Positions 39,088 to 51,995 of a stretch of 64,000 nt of DNA are shown here, piece after piece (within the stretch, counting starts at the first letter, position 1; the number at the start of each line of letters is the position of its first letter). The notes beneath the pieces were generated by a model. The model was not told where the DNA came from. It was given only the letters and a program-made list of their open reading frames with translations, and made no database searches. Source of the stretch: Octopus bimaculoides. Taxonomy: Eukaryota. The position numbers and the translations under genes were made by a program. The stretch covers positions 81,612,834-81,676,833 of the forward strand of contig NC_068986.1 in the NCBI RefSeq assembly GCF_001194135.2. The letters run 5' to 3'.

Positions 39088-39453
39088 NNNNNNNNNNNNN
39101 NNNNNNNNNNNNNNNNNNNNNNNNNNNNNNNNNNNNNNNNNNNNNNNNNNNNNNNNNNNNNNNNNNNNNNNNNNNNNNNNNNNNNNNNNNNNNNNNNNNN
39201 NNNNNNNNNNNNNNNNNNNNNNNNNNNNNNNNNNNNNNNNNNNNNNNNNNNNNNNNNNNNNNNNNNNNNNNNNNNNNNNNNNNNNNNNNNNNNNNNNNNN
39301 NNNNNNNNNNNNNNNNNNNNNNNNNNNNNNNNNNNNNNNNNNNNNNNNNNNNNNNNNNNNNNNNNNNNNNNNNNNNNNNNNNNNNNNNNNNNNNNNNNNN
39401 NNNNNNNNNNNNNNNNNNNNNNNNNNNNNNNNNNNNNNNNNNNNNNNNNNNNN

Positions 39454-39499
<46 letters not shown>

Positions 39500-39647
39500 G
39501 GTTTCTAGTTTCTGTTTACTGAATCCATTCACAAGGCTTTGGTTAGTGCGAGGCTATAGTAGAAGACACTTGCCCAAGGTGCCATGCAGTGGGATTGAAC
39601 CCAGCACATGTGGTTAGAAAGCAAGCTTCTTACTACACAGCCATGCC
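38820..39647 (-). mobile_element. Family B SINE whose internal (CA)n has expanded across an assembly gap
   Basis: The 3' part (TTTCAGTCATTAGATTGCAGCCATGCTGG) lies left of (CA)n/N, and the head (CTTGCCCAAGGTGCC...GGGATTGAACCC...CTACACAGCC) lies right, colinear with the 13955 copy. Confidence 0.8.
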
Positions 39648-39799
39648 TAGTATTTTTTCTAGCTTTACATTCCGAGTTCAAATTCCACCAAGGTTGACTT
39701 TACCTTTCATCCTTTCAGGGTTGATAATATAAGTACCAATTGGACACTATCCCCCCACCCGCAAAATTTCAGACCTTGTGCATATTGTAGATAGAATTG

Positions 39800-39854
<55 letters not shown>

Positions 39855-40593
39855 TTAAGTCAAGCCTGTTGAGGTCAACTTTGCCTTTCGTCCTTTCATG
39901 GTAGATAAAGTACCAGTCAAGTATTAGGGTCATTTGTAATTAACTAACCCTTTCCCTTACCTCAGAATTACTGGCCTTGCGCTTGAATTAGAAACAGGCC
40001 AACTTTTTCAAGTTTCTTTTGAAAAGGAAAGTGGTGGTGGATAGGTTATTGCTGCTTCTTAACAAATTTGATTGGAAGGTGGAGGAGTTTCAAGCTTGGT
40101 CTGAGTGAATAGGTCTGCTCTAAACTTGCACTTTGTAGATGAGTGGAGGACAACTTGGGAAAGGGCACTCGCCTTAGGAGTTGGCATGACTGTAGTTTTG
40201 TGAGGTTTCTACAAGTAGCCCTCACAAGTCTCCCTTTATGGGAATATTTTTTTTTTTGCTTGAATTTTTGTTTTTCCCCTGTTATTTCCCTTTTTTACAT
40301 ACATTTTTTATGTAATCCCATACTATAGTGTCCTGTACTGTTATGTACTGTCCTTGATGTCTTTGTCCAACCTTGGTGTTAAAATAAAGTAAATGTCTTA
40401 TAGATCTGACAAAATACCTTGTGAAATTTAGTTACAGTGATTTATATACTGCTGAGAGCAACTTTGTTGTCCTAGGATTATTAAAACAGAACAACTGTCA
40501 AGTACTGGAGGTGATTTAATTGACTAATACCTTCTTTTGAATTTTTTTACAGTCTGCTTATGCTAGAAATTATCATCATCATCATCATCGTCG

Positions 40594-40627
<34 letters not shown>

Positions 40628-40628
<1 letters not shown>

Positions 40629-40845
40629 AAAGTGTTGAGTTGGCAGAATTGTTAGTGCGCTGAATGAAATGCTCAGTGGTATTTTGCCTGTCACTACATT
40701 CTGAGTTCAAATTCTGCCAAGGTTGACCTTACCTTTCATCCTTTAAGAGTCCATAAAATAAGTACCAGTTGAACTGGGGTTGATGTAATCAACTCATCTC
40801 CTCCCACAAAATTACTGCCCTTGTGGCCAAATTTGAAACCATTAT
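40628..40845 (+). mobile_element. Family A SINE preceded by (CAT)n(GTT)n; further copies at about 39660-39995, 47075-47310 (+) and 12355-12490, 52930-53120 (-)
   Basis: Shared TGGCAGAAT...GAGTTCAAATTCTGCCAAGGTTGAC...AAGTACCAGTTGA...GCCCTTGTG motifs. Confidence 0.8.
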
Positions 40846-43193
40846 TATTGTAGAAGAATGACTTGATCTGCTGTTGTGTTCATATGTGGTAGTTGTCATC
40901 GTTTAGCCCCAGGTTAGCTCCAAATAAGTAAACCTATCATCATCATCATCATCTATTTTCCATGCTGCACTGCATTGGATGGCTTGGCAGGAACTGGTGA
41001 GGCCAGGGGCTGCACCAGGTTCCATAGCCTGTTTTGGTTTGGTTTCCGCAGCTGGATGCCTTTCTTAACACCAACCGCTATGCAGAGCATACTAGGTGCT
41101 TTATATGTGATACTGTCACCAATGCTTTTTATATGGCACCATCAAAGGTATTTCAACTATGAGCATGCTGTTTTTCATATATATCCAAGACTAGGTAATA
41201 TGATATTTCCTTAATTTCACAAAGTGACAGTGTGATTTAAGGAAAATTTGGCTATTATTTCTAGCAGAGCAAGCAGCTATGTAGAGGCACCCTCATTGGC
41301 TAGAATATTGTTTTGAAAACTGACAAATAGTGTCAGTAATGGGTTGACTTCTGATAGTTGTGTGTCAACTGACATGCACTCTTGCTTTCAGTAACTTTCT
41401 CTGCTTCTTTATTTCATAAATATTCGTTAGAAATGGAGAAGAAAATGACTTCTCACCCCCGGTAGCAGAAAATGACATCTTTTAAGAAATCTTAAGCAGA
41501 CATTTATAAATAAAATCTAATTTGTGAGTTTATTAAATACAAGAATATTGATAATTCTTCTCTCAGTGTTTATTGAATCTGGCAAATAGTTTTCATTAAG
41601 CACACTATTTATTTTACAGGTGGTCAATACTGTGTTTTGAAAATTATTAGCAATAATTCAAGAGTTGTTTTTTTCTTTTGTGTGTGTGTATTTTCCTCTC
41701 TTTGACTAAGTATATATTTTTTTCATATCATCTATAATATTCACAGCATTTTAATTATTGATCATGCAGTGTTTCTCTCCCAATACTGACACCTTTCTTT
41801 TACAAACGAATGATAATTGTTTGAAATTTGAGCTGAAATATTTAAATTTAACAGTTCATATTAATTCTATTTGAAAACAAGTTCTTTCGTTGTACAGTTT
41901 CTCTGGATATTTTGTAAAAAAAGACAAAAAAAAAAATGAAATGTGTTTTCTGTGGCACTGGCTCCTAGTCTCTGATGAAAAGCATAAAGATTTTTTTCTT
42001 AACTAAATGAGTTAACTGTATTGTTCCTAGAAACTAACGACAATAGTCATCATTTCTAATACATTAGTTTTGCTTCAGGTAATTACTTTTTTTCTAATTA
42101 GATTCTAAGGCATGACAAATGCATTGTTGTTCTCATTTTTGTTTAAACTCCGCTGTTTGATATTTGGTTATAGCATTGTCTGAAATAGTAGTATACCTAT
42201 TGTTGTAGTCATGATGCCTACCAATTTAGTTTTTTACAATCTGTACTCATTCAATATGGATTTCAAAACAATAATGAAAACTTTCCTCTCTGTTTTCTAC
42301 AAAACTGTTCTATTAAAATGTTTTTAGTCTTGAAAATGAGTTTATTAATTATAGATTATTATTTATTTTTTTGGTGCTGCTGTTTGCATTGGCTAAACAT
42401 AGTTACTGAAATTTGGTATTGATGATCTGTAATGTATAATTAGTTGTGCTGTGTTTAAACTGATGCACATTGAGGTGGATTACAATTAGCTGGCACAATG
42501 TATTTTGAAACAGTCAATTGTGTAACTGTAGCCAGGCAAAACAAACTGATTCTGATTAGATCAGTTCAACTGGACATAATGCTAATGAGACTGACTGACC
42601 TAGAGCTGTAAGTTAAGGTGGTCTGTTGGTGTAACATTCACGGAACAGGAGATTTTAGAAACTTCTTCCATGCACTGTTTTCAAATTCCATGTCTGTGAA
42701 CAGACACCTAAATGGAAAGTATGTAGTATGTTTGATCCTAATAATTACTACTATGGCCAACAATATAAAAAGTAGGGAGTCTTTGGTTATATGAGTATGG
42801 TATTTTTAATACCAAAGGTATATTATTTGGATACATGTGTTGTTTTTTAGTCTACAATTATAAATGTGAAATTCTGTCTGTCCCATCTGTCCTGGACCCC
42901 TGCATCTCAATCTATATTTGCTCTACATAGTCATATCATACCTTTTTGGAATCAAGAGGATCCCAGGGTTGAAAATCTGCTCTTCATTTGGTACTTGAAC
43001 ATCCAGCATTGGGATCAGGTCTGGATGAGGATGTTATATGCTAACAGTTGAAAATTTAAATTTTAAATGAACAAAAATTTGTGAACTTATAAGTTTTTTA
43101 TTTAAACTGAATTTAAAGTAATACCATATTGGTTGGGTACCAATAAATGCTTTATTATTATTGCTCTCTTTAGTTTTGGGCCACAAGCCCAAT

Positions 43194-44119
43194 GGATCTT
43201 TGTGATTTGACAGGCAACATTTTTTTATGTAGTGTTTTTGGTACCGAAACACTTTCAAACTTCAAATACTTGTATATTTTGTGTTATAGAACAGATAAAA
43301 AATTTTGTATTCGAAGTTATTTCATGTAAAAAATTGTCGTATTTCGGTAATTTCAACCAATCACTGACGTCTATTGAGGTGAAAACAATTATGCCGTGGA
43401 ATATAAACAACGGTGTTACGGGATTTTTTCCCTTGAATAAAATTAGTGCCGTTGTTTGTCAACAAAAACTATCCGCTGTCAACAACAACTATCAGTGGTA
43501 TATTTTTCGTTTGTCACTGTTATTTATGACATCGTTCGTGCGTTTGTACTGGTTTTAGCTTTAGGGTTTTAGGGTTCGGGTTTTAGAGTTAGGGTTAGTT
43601 TTAGGATTANNNNNNNNNNNNNNNNNNNNNNNNNNNNNNNNNNNNNNNNNNNNNNNNNNNNNNNNNNNNNNNNNNNNNNNNNNNNNNNNNNNNNNNNNNN
43701 NNNNNNNNNNNNNNNNNNNNNNACCATAACCCTAACCCTAAAACCCTAACCCTAAAACCCAAACCCTAACCCTAAAACCCAAACCCTAACCCTAAAACCC
43801 TAACCCTAAAACCCAAACCCTAACCCTAAAACCCAAACCCTAACCCTAAAACCCTACTCGGGAATAATGATTATAATTAAACAGGGAATAACACACTTGA
43901 CACTGAACAGCACTAACTGTATTCAGCTGAATAGACGTTAGTGATTGGTTGAAATTACAGAAATACGACAACTTTAACATGAAATAACTTGCGATGTACA
44001 ATTTTTTGTTAAGAAGGTTAAGAGAAGAAGTTGTTTTATATGACACATTCTACCAGTGTCCCAAGTTTGAAAGTGTTTCGTTAAGAAAACAAGTGTTGCC
44101 CGTCAAATCACAAAGATCC
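43194..44119. mobile_element. Non-autonomous TIR (foldback/MITE-like) element with 7-bp TSD and internal convergent telomere-like arrays
   Basis: GCCCAAT direct repeat at 43187-43193 and 44120-44126. TIRs GGATCTTTGTGATTTGAC(A/G)GGCAACA match 25/26, with imperfect inverted homology for about 190 bp. Core is TTAGGG variants (43548-43609), an N gap, then CCCTAA/CCCTAAAA/CCCAAA array (43723-43856). Confidence 0.88.
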
Positions 44120-45269
44120 GCCCAATTAGCCCTGCACAGGAGCTAGCTTAAAAGTTTGCAAAGAGTGCAGCTTTTAAGCTAGTATTGTATGAAATCCTTA
44201 TGATTGACTAGCCTTTCACTTAGATCAGAGATGAGTTATCCCTCACTCTCCTTTAACTTGGTCAAGAGGTGGAAACTTTTTATCCACAGGTAAACTTTCA
44301 CTCTTGTTCTGTTTTGAAATCATCTGCTGAATGGTCATTAAATATCTGTTAAATATCTATGAATTTATATTTTTCTCACTGCAGATATATCAACGCACTT
44401 TCAATTCCTTCCTGGTACTAAAGTGTTTTAGTTAACTCCTGTCTTTGACCAATGGCAGGAGTATGGATTGGAGATGTATTTTTTTATATCAATGTATTTC
44501 TTTTTAACATCTACCTCCAAAAATGATCTTTTGTTTATCTTATTGTAACAAGAAATAGGAAGAAGAACCATAAGTTGGTACCACTTGCCGTGACAAAAAG
44601 AAGTAGTTTTGTATTTTTTAATATGGTCACGACAATGTTTATGCATGACGAAGCTTTGCATTCATGATCTGTCAGTTATAATACAATAGAAATTTTCTAG
44701 AATTAGCATTTGAGCTAACTTCTGGCATGAGACTCAATTTAAAATGATATTATAATAACCACTTCAGCTACATTTTATAGCAGATTGTTTTAGATTGACA
44801 TGTGGCTCTCGGTTTTTAAATGTTTAATGAAATTCTAGATAAGCCTGCAGCAGTAAGGTGACAGTGTGGAGACATCTTATTTGGTTCAGTAGATATTGAG
44901 TACTTAATGTAAATGATCTTCCACTGTGACACAAGATGTAATCTCAATATTTCACTTATTTATGAAGGGTAGTTTTTGTGCTCTTATTCAGTAATTTAAA
45001 AAAATTTATTTCCAAGATTTTCTGTTTTTATTAAAAAAAATTTTTTTTAAATAAATAAGTCAAGAGCCGCACATTTGATTTTTACAGATCTCCCAAACTG
45101 GCTGATGATTAGTCAGCACATCAGTGGGTCAATGTCTTTGGGTGAGATGTGTATGAACGGGGAACAAGGATTATGAGTGGCATCTTGAGCAGAATAAGCT
45201 CTACTAAAGATGCCACCCTAGAATCACTATCCAACCATACACAAAAAAAGACAAACCAAAAAAATTAAT

Positions 45270-45308
<39 letters not shown>

Positions 45309-47773
45309 ATGATGTGATATTCTGATACCAACACTAAGAAGCTGTTCAATTGGAAGGAAATGGAATGTTAGAAGAGATTAAGGTTCAGTAGATGAAGGCT
45401 AGGTATTCAGAGGGTCATCAATACATTAGATGGGACTTTGACCTTTAGTTCTCAGAAGTAGGAATCTAATTCATTCAAGTTTGATCTTCTGACCAGAGTT
45501 AGTTTTCTTTTTGTTTGTTTTGGCTAGTAAAAAAAAAAAAAAAAAAAATATTGTTTTGGTTAAGATATGTGAAATCACATCTTGTATATATAGCGGTATC
45601 ACAAGTTACCAATAATGCTGTTACATTTATACTTTAATAAATTATCAGCTGAACTGAACTCTGTCACTTCCAATACCTAAAGTTTTACTTTCTTCATCTC
45701 ATCTCCCTTCTGTATCTGTATGTGATTTTTATGGTGTTAGTTTATACATTACAGTATTACCTTCTTACAACTGAAATGTTGTATGTGTAAAACTTTTCAA
45801 CGCTTCAACATGGTGGTTTTACAGACTTTGTTTAGGTTATCTTTGTAGGAATTCCTTCATTTCCTTCCCTCTATTGATGTGAGGTTTCCAGTTTAGTTTT
45901 GATTATGGTAACACCAAAATGTTTTACTTTTGAAAAAGGTATTAGATATTGCTTGTAGACATAGCAGATATCAGTTATATTTTCAAATAAATAATCTATT
46001 CTTTAAAACTTTACCATTTCCTCCAAAGTGAAAGAGAACCATTTATTACTGCCAGTGACACAATTATAAAGAGATTTACGTTGTTTGTTCAAGTAAATCT
46101 GTTTGAAGTTTGGTTAGTTGTTATTGTGAAATGAATGGAGAAGAACTTTGAAATTTTCTATGAAGTAAAACTATTAAAATAATCTCTTGTTATCAGGGAT
46201 TATTCCCTGCTCCTGAACAAACATCGTTAAAAATCTTTTGAAGTTATATGGAAATGTAGTGAACACTATTATTGCAATTTACCAAATAGCACCCGACTAT
46301 TGTGAGTTGCAAGAAATGTGATGTAAGTATTCTGATATGGTATTATTAGTTTGAGAAATTCATGTATTTTAGTATGATACTATTAATTCTAGATATTTAT
46401 GTATTCTTATAGATCTCTGAAACCTGCTGACTGTTGGTTCTTGTTTTACCTCAGTTCTTACCTGCTTCTAATTGTGCTATTGCTATGACAGATTGGTACA
46501 GTCTATTGTTAATTAATGCATGTTAGTTTTATCAATTATAGACTCACTGATTACTGGATGATTTTGTTTTTGTCAACAACTTTTGAAAAAAAAAAAAAAC
46601 ACTGAAGATTATTGTTTGTTATTGTTGTTTAGTCCCCGTTCAGCCCTGGTTAAGCAGGTCAGTGATCAGTCATTCCAACTATGACCATCCCAACTTTGTA
46701 TCTGGGTCTACATTGTCTGTATCCTTCTTTTAAAACTGTATGGTGTGATCTGAAAGAAATTTAGTTGCTGTTTCTAGAAGCTTCCTTGAAGTTATTTAGT
46801 TTTAAACATGACCTCACTAAAGAGTAATAGAAATTCCTGACTCCTGTTGCTTGCTGTAAAAAAAGGACTTTCAGTTATCTTGTATATCAATAATTGGAAA
46901 ACTGTATATACCACGATTGGTTGTTGCCACTATCATTAGTATCATTGATGAAATACCATATATTGTTAGATGGCATAAAAGATGCAGCAGTATGTTAGAC
47001 ATACTCCAGTTTCAGCAGAACATATTCAGGAACAGCTTTTAATGTATCAAAGCATGTATTATCTAAAGCAACTTTCAAGGTGGTGGACTGGCAGAATTTT
47101 TAGCATGCCAGGCAAAATACTTAGTGGAATTTCTTCTGTCTCTGTCTCATTTCTTTCAGTTCAAATTCTGCCAAGGTTGACTTTGCCTTTTATTCTTTTG
47201 GGGTCAATAAAATAAGTACCAGTTGAGCACGAGGTGGGGGTGGGGTGCGTTGTAATCAACTTATCTCCTCTCCTGAAATTGCTGACCTTGTGCCAAAATT
47301 TGAAATCAATATTTAAAGTAACTTTACATATAGTGATTTTCATTTTTTTTTTTAAAGACTTTTTTTTTTAAATGTGCATATCATATCTCATCAAATATAA
47401 TAAATATCGGTAATATCCTGAGAACTGGAACCAGTTGACCATACTTATCAAAACAAAAAAAAACAAAAAAAAAAAAATTGACATGGAAGCAAACAATAAA
47501 CATACATTCATTCAGTTTTACATCCACTTTTCCATGCTGGCATAGGTTTGACTGAACTTGTCACAGTAGATTTTCTATGGTTGAATACTCTTCCTGATAT
47601 CAACTCTTAACTGTTTTCTAATGAAGGTATTTTCATTCTACTGAAAGTGAAACCACAGAATTTTTTGCTTGCTTGAAATTGTAGAAAAAAAGAAAAACAC
47701 TGCTTTCATTGAGATGGTGTTAATGAGGAAACCTGAAATGATGCATGCATCCAAAACATACACACACTCTCTT

Positions 47774-47826
<53 letters not shown>

Positions 47827-49479
47827 GGGCTCCTTTTCAGTCTCTGTCTATGAATTCTATTCACAAGGCATTGGTCTACCTGGGGCTATAGTAGAAGACA
47901 CTTGCCAGAGGTGATGAGTGCTGTGGTATTGAACCAAAAACAAGGGTTTGAAGCAAGCATTCTAACCTTAATCATGGCTATGCCTATGTAATGGTACTAA
48001 GCCAACTGTTACTGTTGGAGTTGAGCAGGGATTCACACACACACACACACACACATCTATGGAAGAAATTGTAGACCATTTTCAAAATGGTTTTAACAAA
48101 TTCTTCTTTTTGACTTGTAAGTAATGTTCCACTTTTGTGATGGGACATGTCCCTGTTTCCTTTTCTTAGCAATTCTATAACAAAACAGATATTGTTTATT
48201 GTTATGCCTGCATTTTGTAATGTTAGCATGAAAAGAAAGTCTTTTGTTGTTTTTATAAATTTTGACACTGGAAGTATTTTAACAGCTGGAAATATTTTCT
48301 ATTGCTAAACTATTAAACTGTTGGGATTTGTTTTCAGCTAGACTCCCTGAAGTAAACATTGTAATATACCAACAGATGCATGGTCACATTTTTCTGCATT
48401 TTACCTCTGCCCCTTCCTCTGTTTTAGAGAAATTATTTTGTTATTGGAGACACTATACCATCAGATATATTTGTAGTGAATCTTCAACAGTTGGTGAAAT
48501 CATTTGCTATTTATTTGTAGACTAAGCATATTAAAAACTTATTTACATATATTTCTTGGATGAATCATTACTAGAAGATTGTAAATTAATCTCATTGCTC
48601 CATAGGTTATCTGATCATCTGCAAGCACTATAGTTTAATATACATTGACGTGATAGAGTTTGACATCCAGATCTCCACCTTAACCCTCAAAGTTTTAATT
48701 ATCTTCTTCTGTAGTCTAATAGTAAAAAAAAAAAAAGTGTTCTTCCTTTGATCCCAATCTTGTCAGTAGAATTTGAGAATTTGATGTAACACAATCTGTT
48801 AAAGCCCATCAGATGTGTTTATAACTTTCTGTCTTTGAATTTCATTTTTATTGTTAATGAAAGAGAATGTAGGTGACTTATTGTCATCATTTTCTCTTTA
48901 GGTTAAATTAAAATGCAATAAGGCTCCATCATTACATAATACATTATTAACTAGTGTTAATAACATAATTTACTTCATTTGTTATCATTCACATAAAAAC
49001 TGAAAGTTTTTTTTTTTTTTTACAATTATTTAGAAATAAAGAGTGATATAATATTTCATTATTCAATCATTTTATTTTTTAATACTTGTGCACACTTTTT
49101 CTGGTGTTTTAGTTGGAGAAATAAATCTGCACATTTTATCTAATAAATTTAAAGGTTAAGAAAAATGAAATCCACCTAAATGGCTCAAAGAAAAAATTTC
49201 TTTCATTGTTAATGAAAAGGTGGCATTTATTTACTGTATAAATGAACGCTTGAATCTTTTTAGAAATATATTTACTCTGAAAGTAAAAAGCTTATGGGTT
49301 GTGATGTAATTTTCTTGTACTGAAATTACAAGTGATATATTTACAATGAATTTACTAGACACTTGATTGATAAATATAAAAAAATAATAATCCAGAATAA
49401 ATGACTGTGACAGCATGATATAAATATCTGGTGAGGTAGGACACATGATAGTCACCTGAATAGTTTAATCTAAATGTGA

Positions 49480-50935
49480 ATAGTTTAATCAGGAATAGTT
49501 TAATACAGGAAGAAATCATACTTGGTGACTGGTGCAGCAGCATAATTGTAAACTGCTACAAGGGCAAAAGTGATGCATTAAAGAGTAGAAATTATGAAAG
49601 TATCAAATTGTTGGACTTGGTTATGAAGGTCTCAGAGAATCAGTACAATTCATCAACAGAAGTTACATTAGATGAAATACAGTTACGCCTCATTCTGGGA
49701 AGAGGTATCACAGACACAAATTAACTGCAGGAGAAATATTTGGTTAAGAGTAAACCACCATATCACATTTGTTGGCTTGGAGAAGACCTTTGATAGGGTG
49801 CCATACTCTGAAATCTGGAGGTAATGAAGGAAACTATATGTTAATGAAGAGGTTGTCAGTGCTGTACAAGTTATGTACAAAAGTGTTGCAAGTAAAGTGA
49901 GTCAACAATAAATTTAGCATGAAAATAGAGGTTCATGAAGGCTCAATCCTCAGGCCCCTCCTATACAGGCAATTATAGAGGTGTTTAAGACTAGCCATCT
50001 GTGTGAACTCCTATATGCAGATAGTCTAGTTCTCAAAGTAGAATCTGTAGAAGAATTAGAGAAGAAATTCCAGGTGTGGAAGTAAAACCTAGAAATGATA
50101 GGTCTCAAAGTAAACTTAGCAAAGACTAAGGTGTCCATTAGGAGGAAAACAGACAGAACCCTGGTGTCATCAGGGAAATGGTCATGCTTGATAGGCAGAA
50201 AAGGAGTGGGTATGAGCTCCTAATATAAGCTAAGACTTATGATATGTTATAGAATCATGGGAAGATTAACAGAGGAGGCATGTTTCATATATTGTAGATG
50301 TACTGGAGCAATGTGCACAAAGAATACACTAGAAATAGACTCTTTCAAATGCTCATCTGGTTTATTAGAAGTAGTTGATAACTAGGTGATATTATTAGAA
50401 GGGGCGGTGACTGATCAGGAAGAATAGTAACCAGAATAAGAATTGGTTGGAGAAAGTTTAAGAAGCTGTTACCTCGATGGAGGTTTATTCTCTCAGGGTA
50501 GATTGTATGATGCTTGTGTTACAACAGTGATGCTTCATGGTAGTGACATGTGGGCCTTGGAAGGAGAAGACTTGCAAGTGTTATAACGAAATGAGGCTAG
50601 CATGTTCTGATGGATGTGTGATGGTAGTATATGTATAAATACTAGGGTACAAAAAGACAGAGAGAAAAAACAGGTTTAAGAGGAATCAGGTGTTGTATGA
50701 AGAAAATTAGGCAATGGTACGTAATGTGTATGGCAGATGATTGCTGCACAAGGAAGTGTTGTGTGCTCCAAGTTAGAGGAACTTGTTGAAGGGGAAGACT
50801 GAGGAAGATGTAGGACGAAGTTAAATAGCTGACCTGAAGATGCTGCATCTCATGAAGGCAATGACAAAGGACTGTACTAGTTGGTGATGTGTGGTATTGC
50901 AGAAATGATATCCACTCATAGCAACATGTACTCTA
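49480..50935 (+). mobile_element. Decayed RTE LINE, RT through 3' end
   Basis: DWCSSIIVNCYKGKSDALKSRNYESIKLLDLVMKVSE; FVGLEKTFDRVPY; ELLYADSLVL...EELEKKFQVWK; many stops; 3' end similar to the 23770 copy. Confidence 0.88.
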
Positions 50936-51134
50936 ACATGAAGGTAGTATTTAGAGGCTGCAATATTTGTGCCCCTCCTGGCCTGCATTTGCTGCTCCTG
51001 CACCTGACATCTTTAACCCCCCCCCCCATTTACTTATTGCTTACCTGCTTCTGCTCATCTTACCACTCATAGCCCTCCAGCTCAACTCTACACCACTTGT
51101 GGTGATCATATCGTCCCTCATTCCTCTTGTCCTT

Positions 51135-51262
51135 CAGTAGATCTATATAAAAGAAGCTACATTAGACCATTAGCTCTATATATAAGCTATATTAGACCAG
51201 TAGATCTATATATAAGCTATATTAGACCAGTAGATCGATATATAAGGAGCTACATTAGACCA
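51135..51262. repeat. Four-copy 30-33-bp tandem repeat (CAGTAGATCTATATATAAGCTATATTAGAC)
   Basis: Units at 51135, 51168, 51198 and 51228. Confidence 0.9.
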
Positions 51263-51662
51263 TAAGCTTACTGCTGTCCTGTCAACCAACAACACTATTA
51301 ACCTCTTTGTTAAATGGTTGGCATTAAGAAAAGCATATGACTGTAGGAATCAAGCTAAAAGACATGTACAAGTACCTAGACTTTGGAATCAGTAGTTCCT
51401 CATGAGAAATTTCTTGGACCATGATGACCTGTCCAACCCATCCCACTATGGAAAGCAGACATAAAATGATTACGATTAAAAATATAATTATACTATTTTC
51501 AGAAATAAAGGAAACCATTTTTATGTCTATCTGTAAAGTGTTTATGATATAAAGTTATCTGACAAATTGTATTTCTCTTCAATAATACTTGCAATATATA
51601 AACAGCAAACATGCTTTATTTCAGATAATTAATGTTATACAAGTCTCTATATTCATTTAGTG

Positions 51663-51995
51663 AAGGCACATGGCTCAGTGGTTAGAGCATCAGAGTCACA
51701 GTCGTGAGGTGGTGAGTTTGATTCCTGAACTGGTGTTGTGTATTGTGTTCTTGAGTAAGACATCATATTTCACATTGCTCCAGTTCACTCAGCTGTAGAA
51801 ATGAGTTGTGGCATCACTGGTGCCAAGCTGTGTCATCCTTTGCTTTTTCCTTGGATAACATCGGTGGTGTGGAGAGGGGAGTTTGGTATGCATGGGCGAC
51901 TGCTGGTCTTCCATAAACAACCTTGCCCAGACTTGTGCCTCAGAGAGGAACTTTCTAGGTTCAATCCTATGGTCATTCATGATTGAAGTGGGGTC
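51663..51995 (+). mobile_element. tRNA-derived SINE family D with a CORE-like central block
   Basis: Head TGGCTCAGTGGTTAGAGC (A box) and GAGTTTGATTCC (B box), then GTGTTCTTGAGTAAGACA...CCAGTTCACTCAGCTGTAGAAATGAG, which resembles conserved SINE central domains (superfamily assignment is inference). Confidence 0.7.

Noticed and set aside
42615-42700. WSVGVTFTEQEIL resembling kinase subdomain IX
   Set aside because: The invariant Asp is missing, stops flank it, and no other kinase motifs lie nearby.
43548-43856. Genuine ancestral telomere-telomere fusion site
   Set aside because: The array is short and variant and is enclosed by TIRs with an exact 7-bp TSD, which indicates a transposon insertion.
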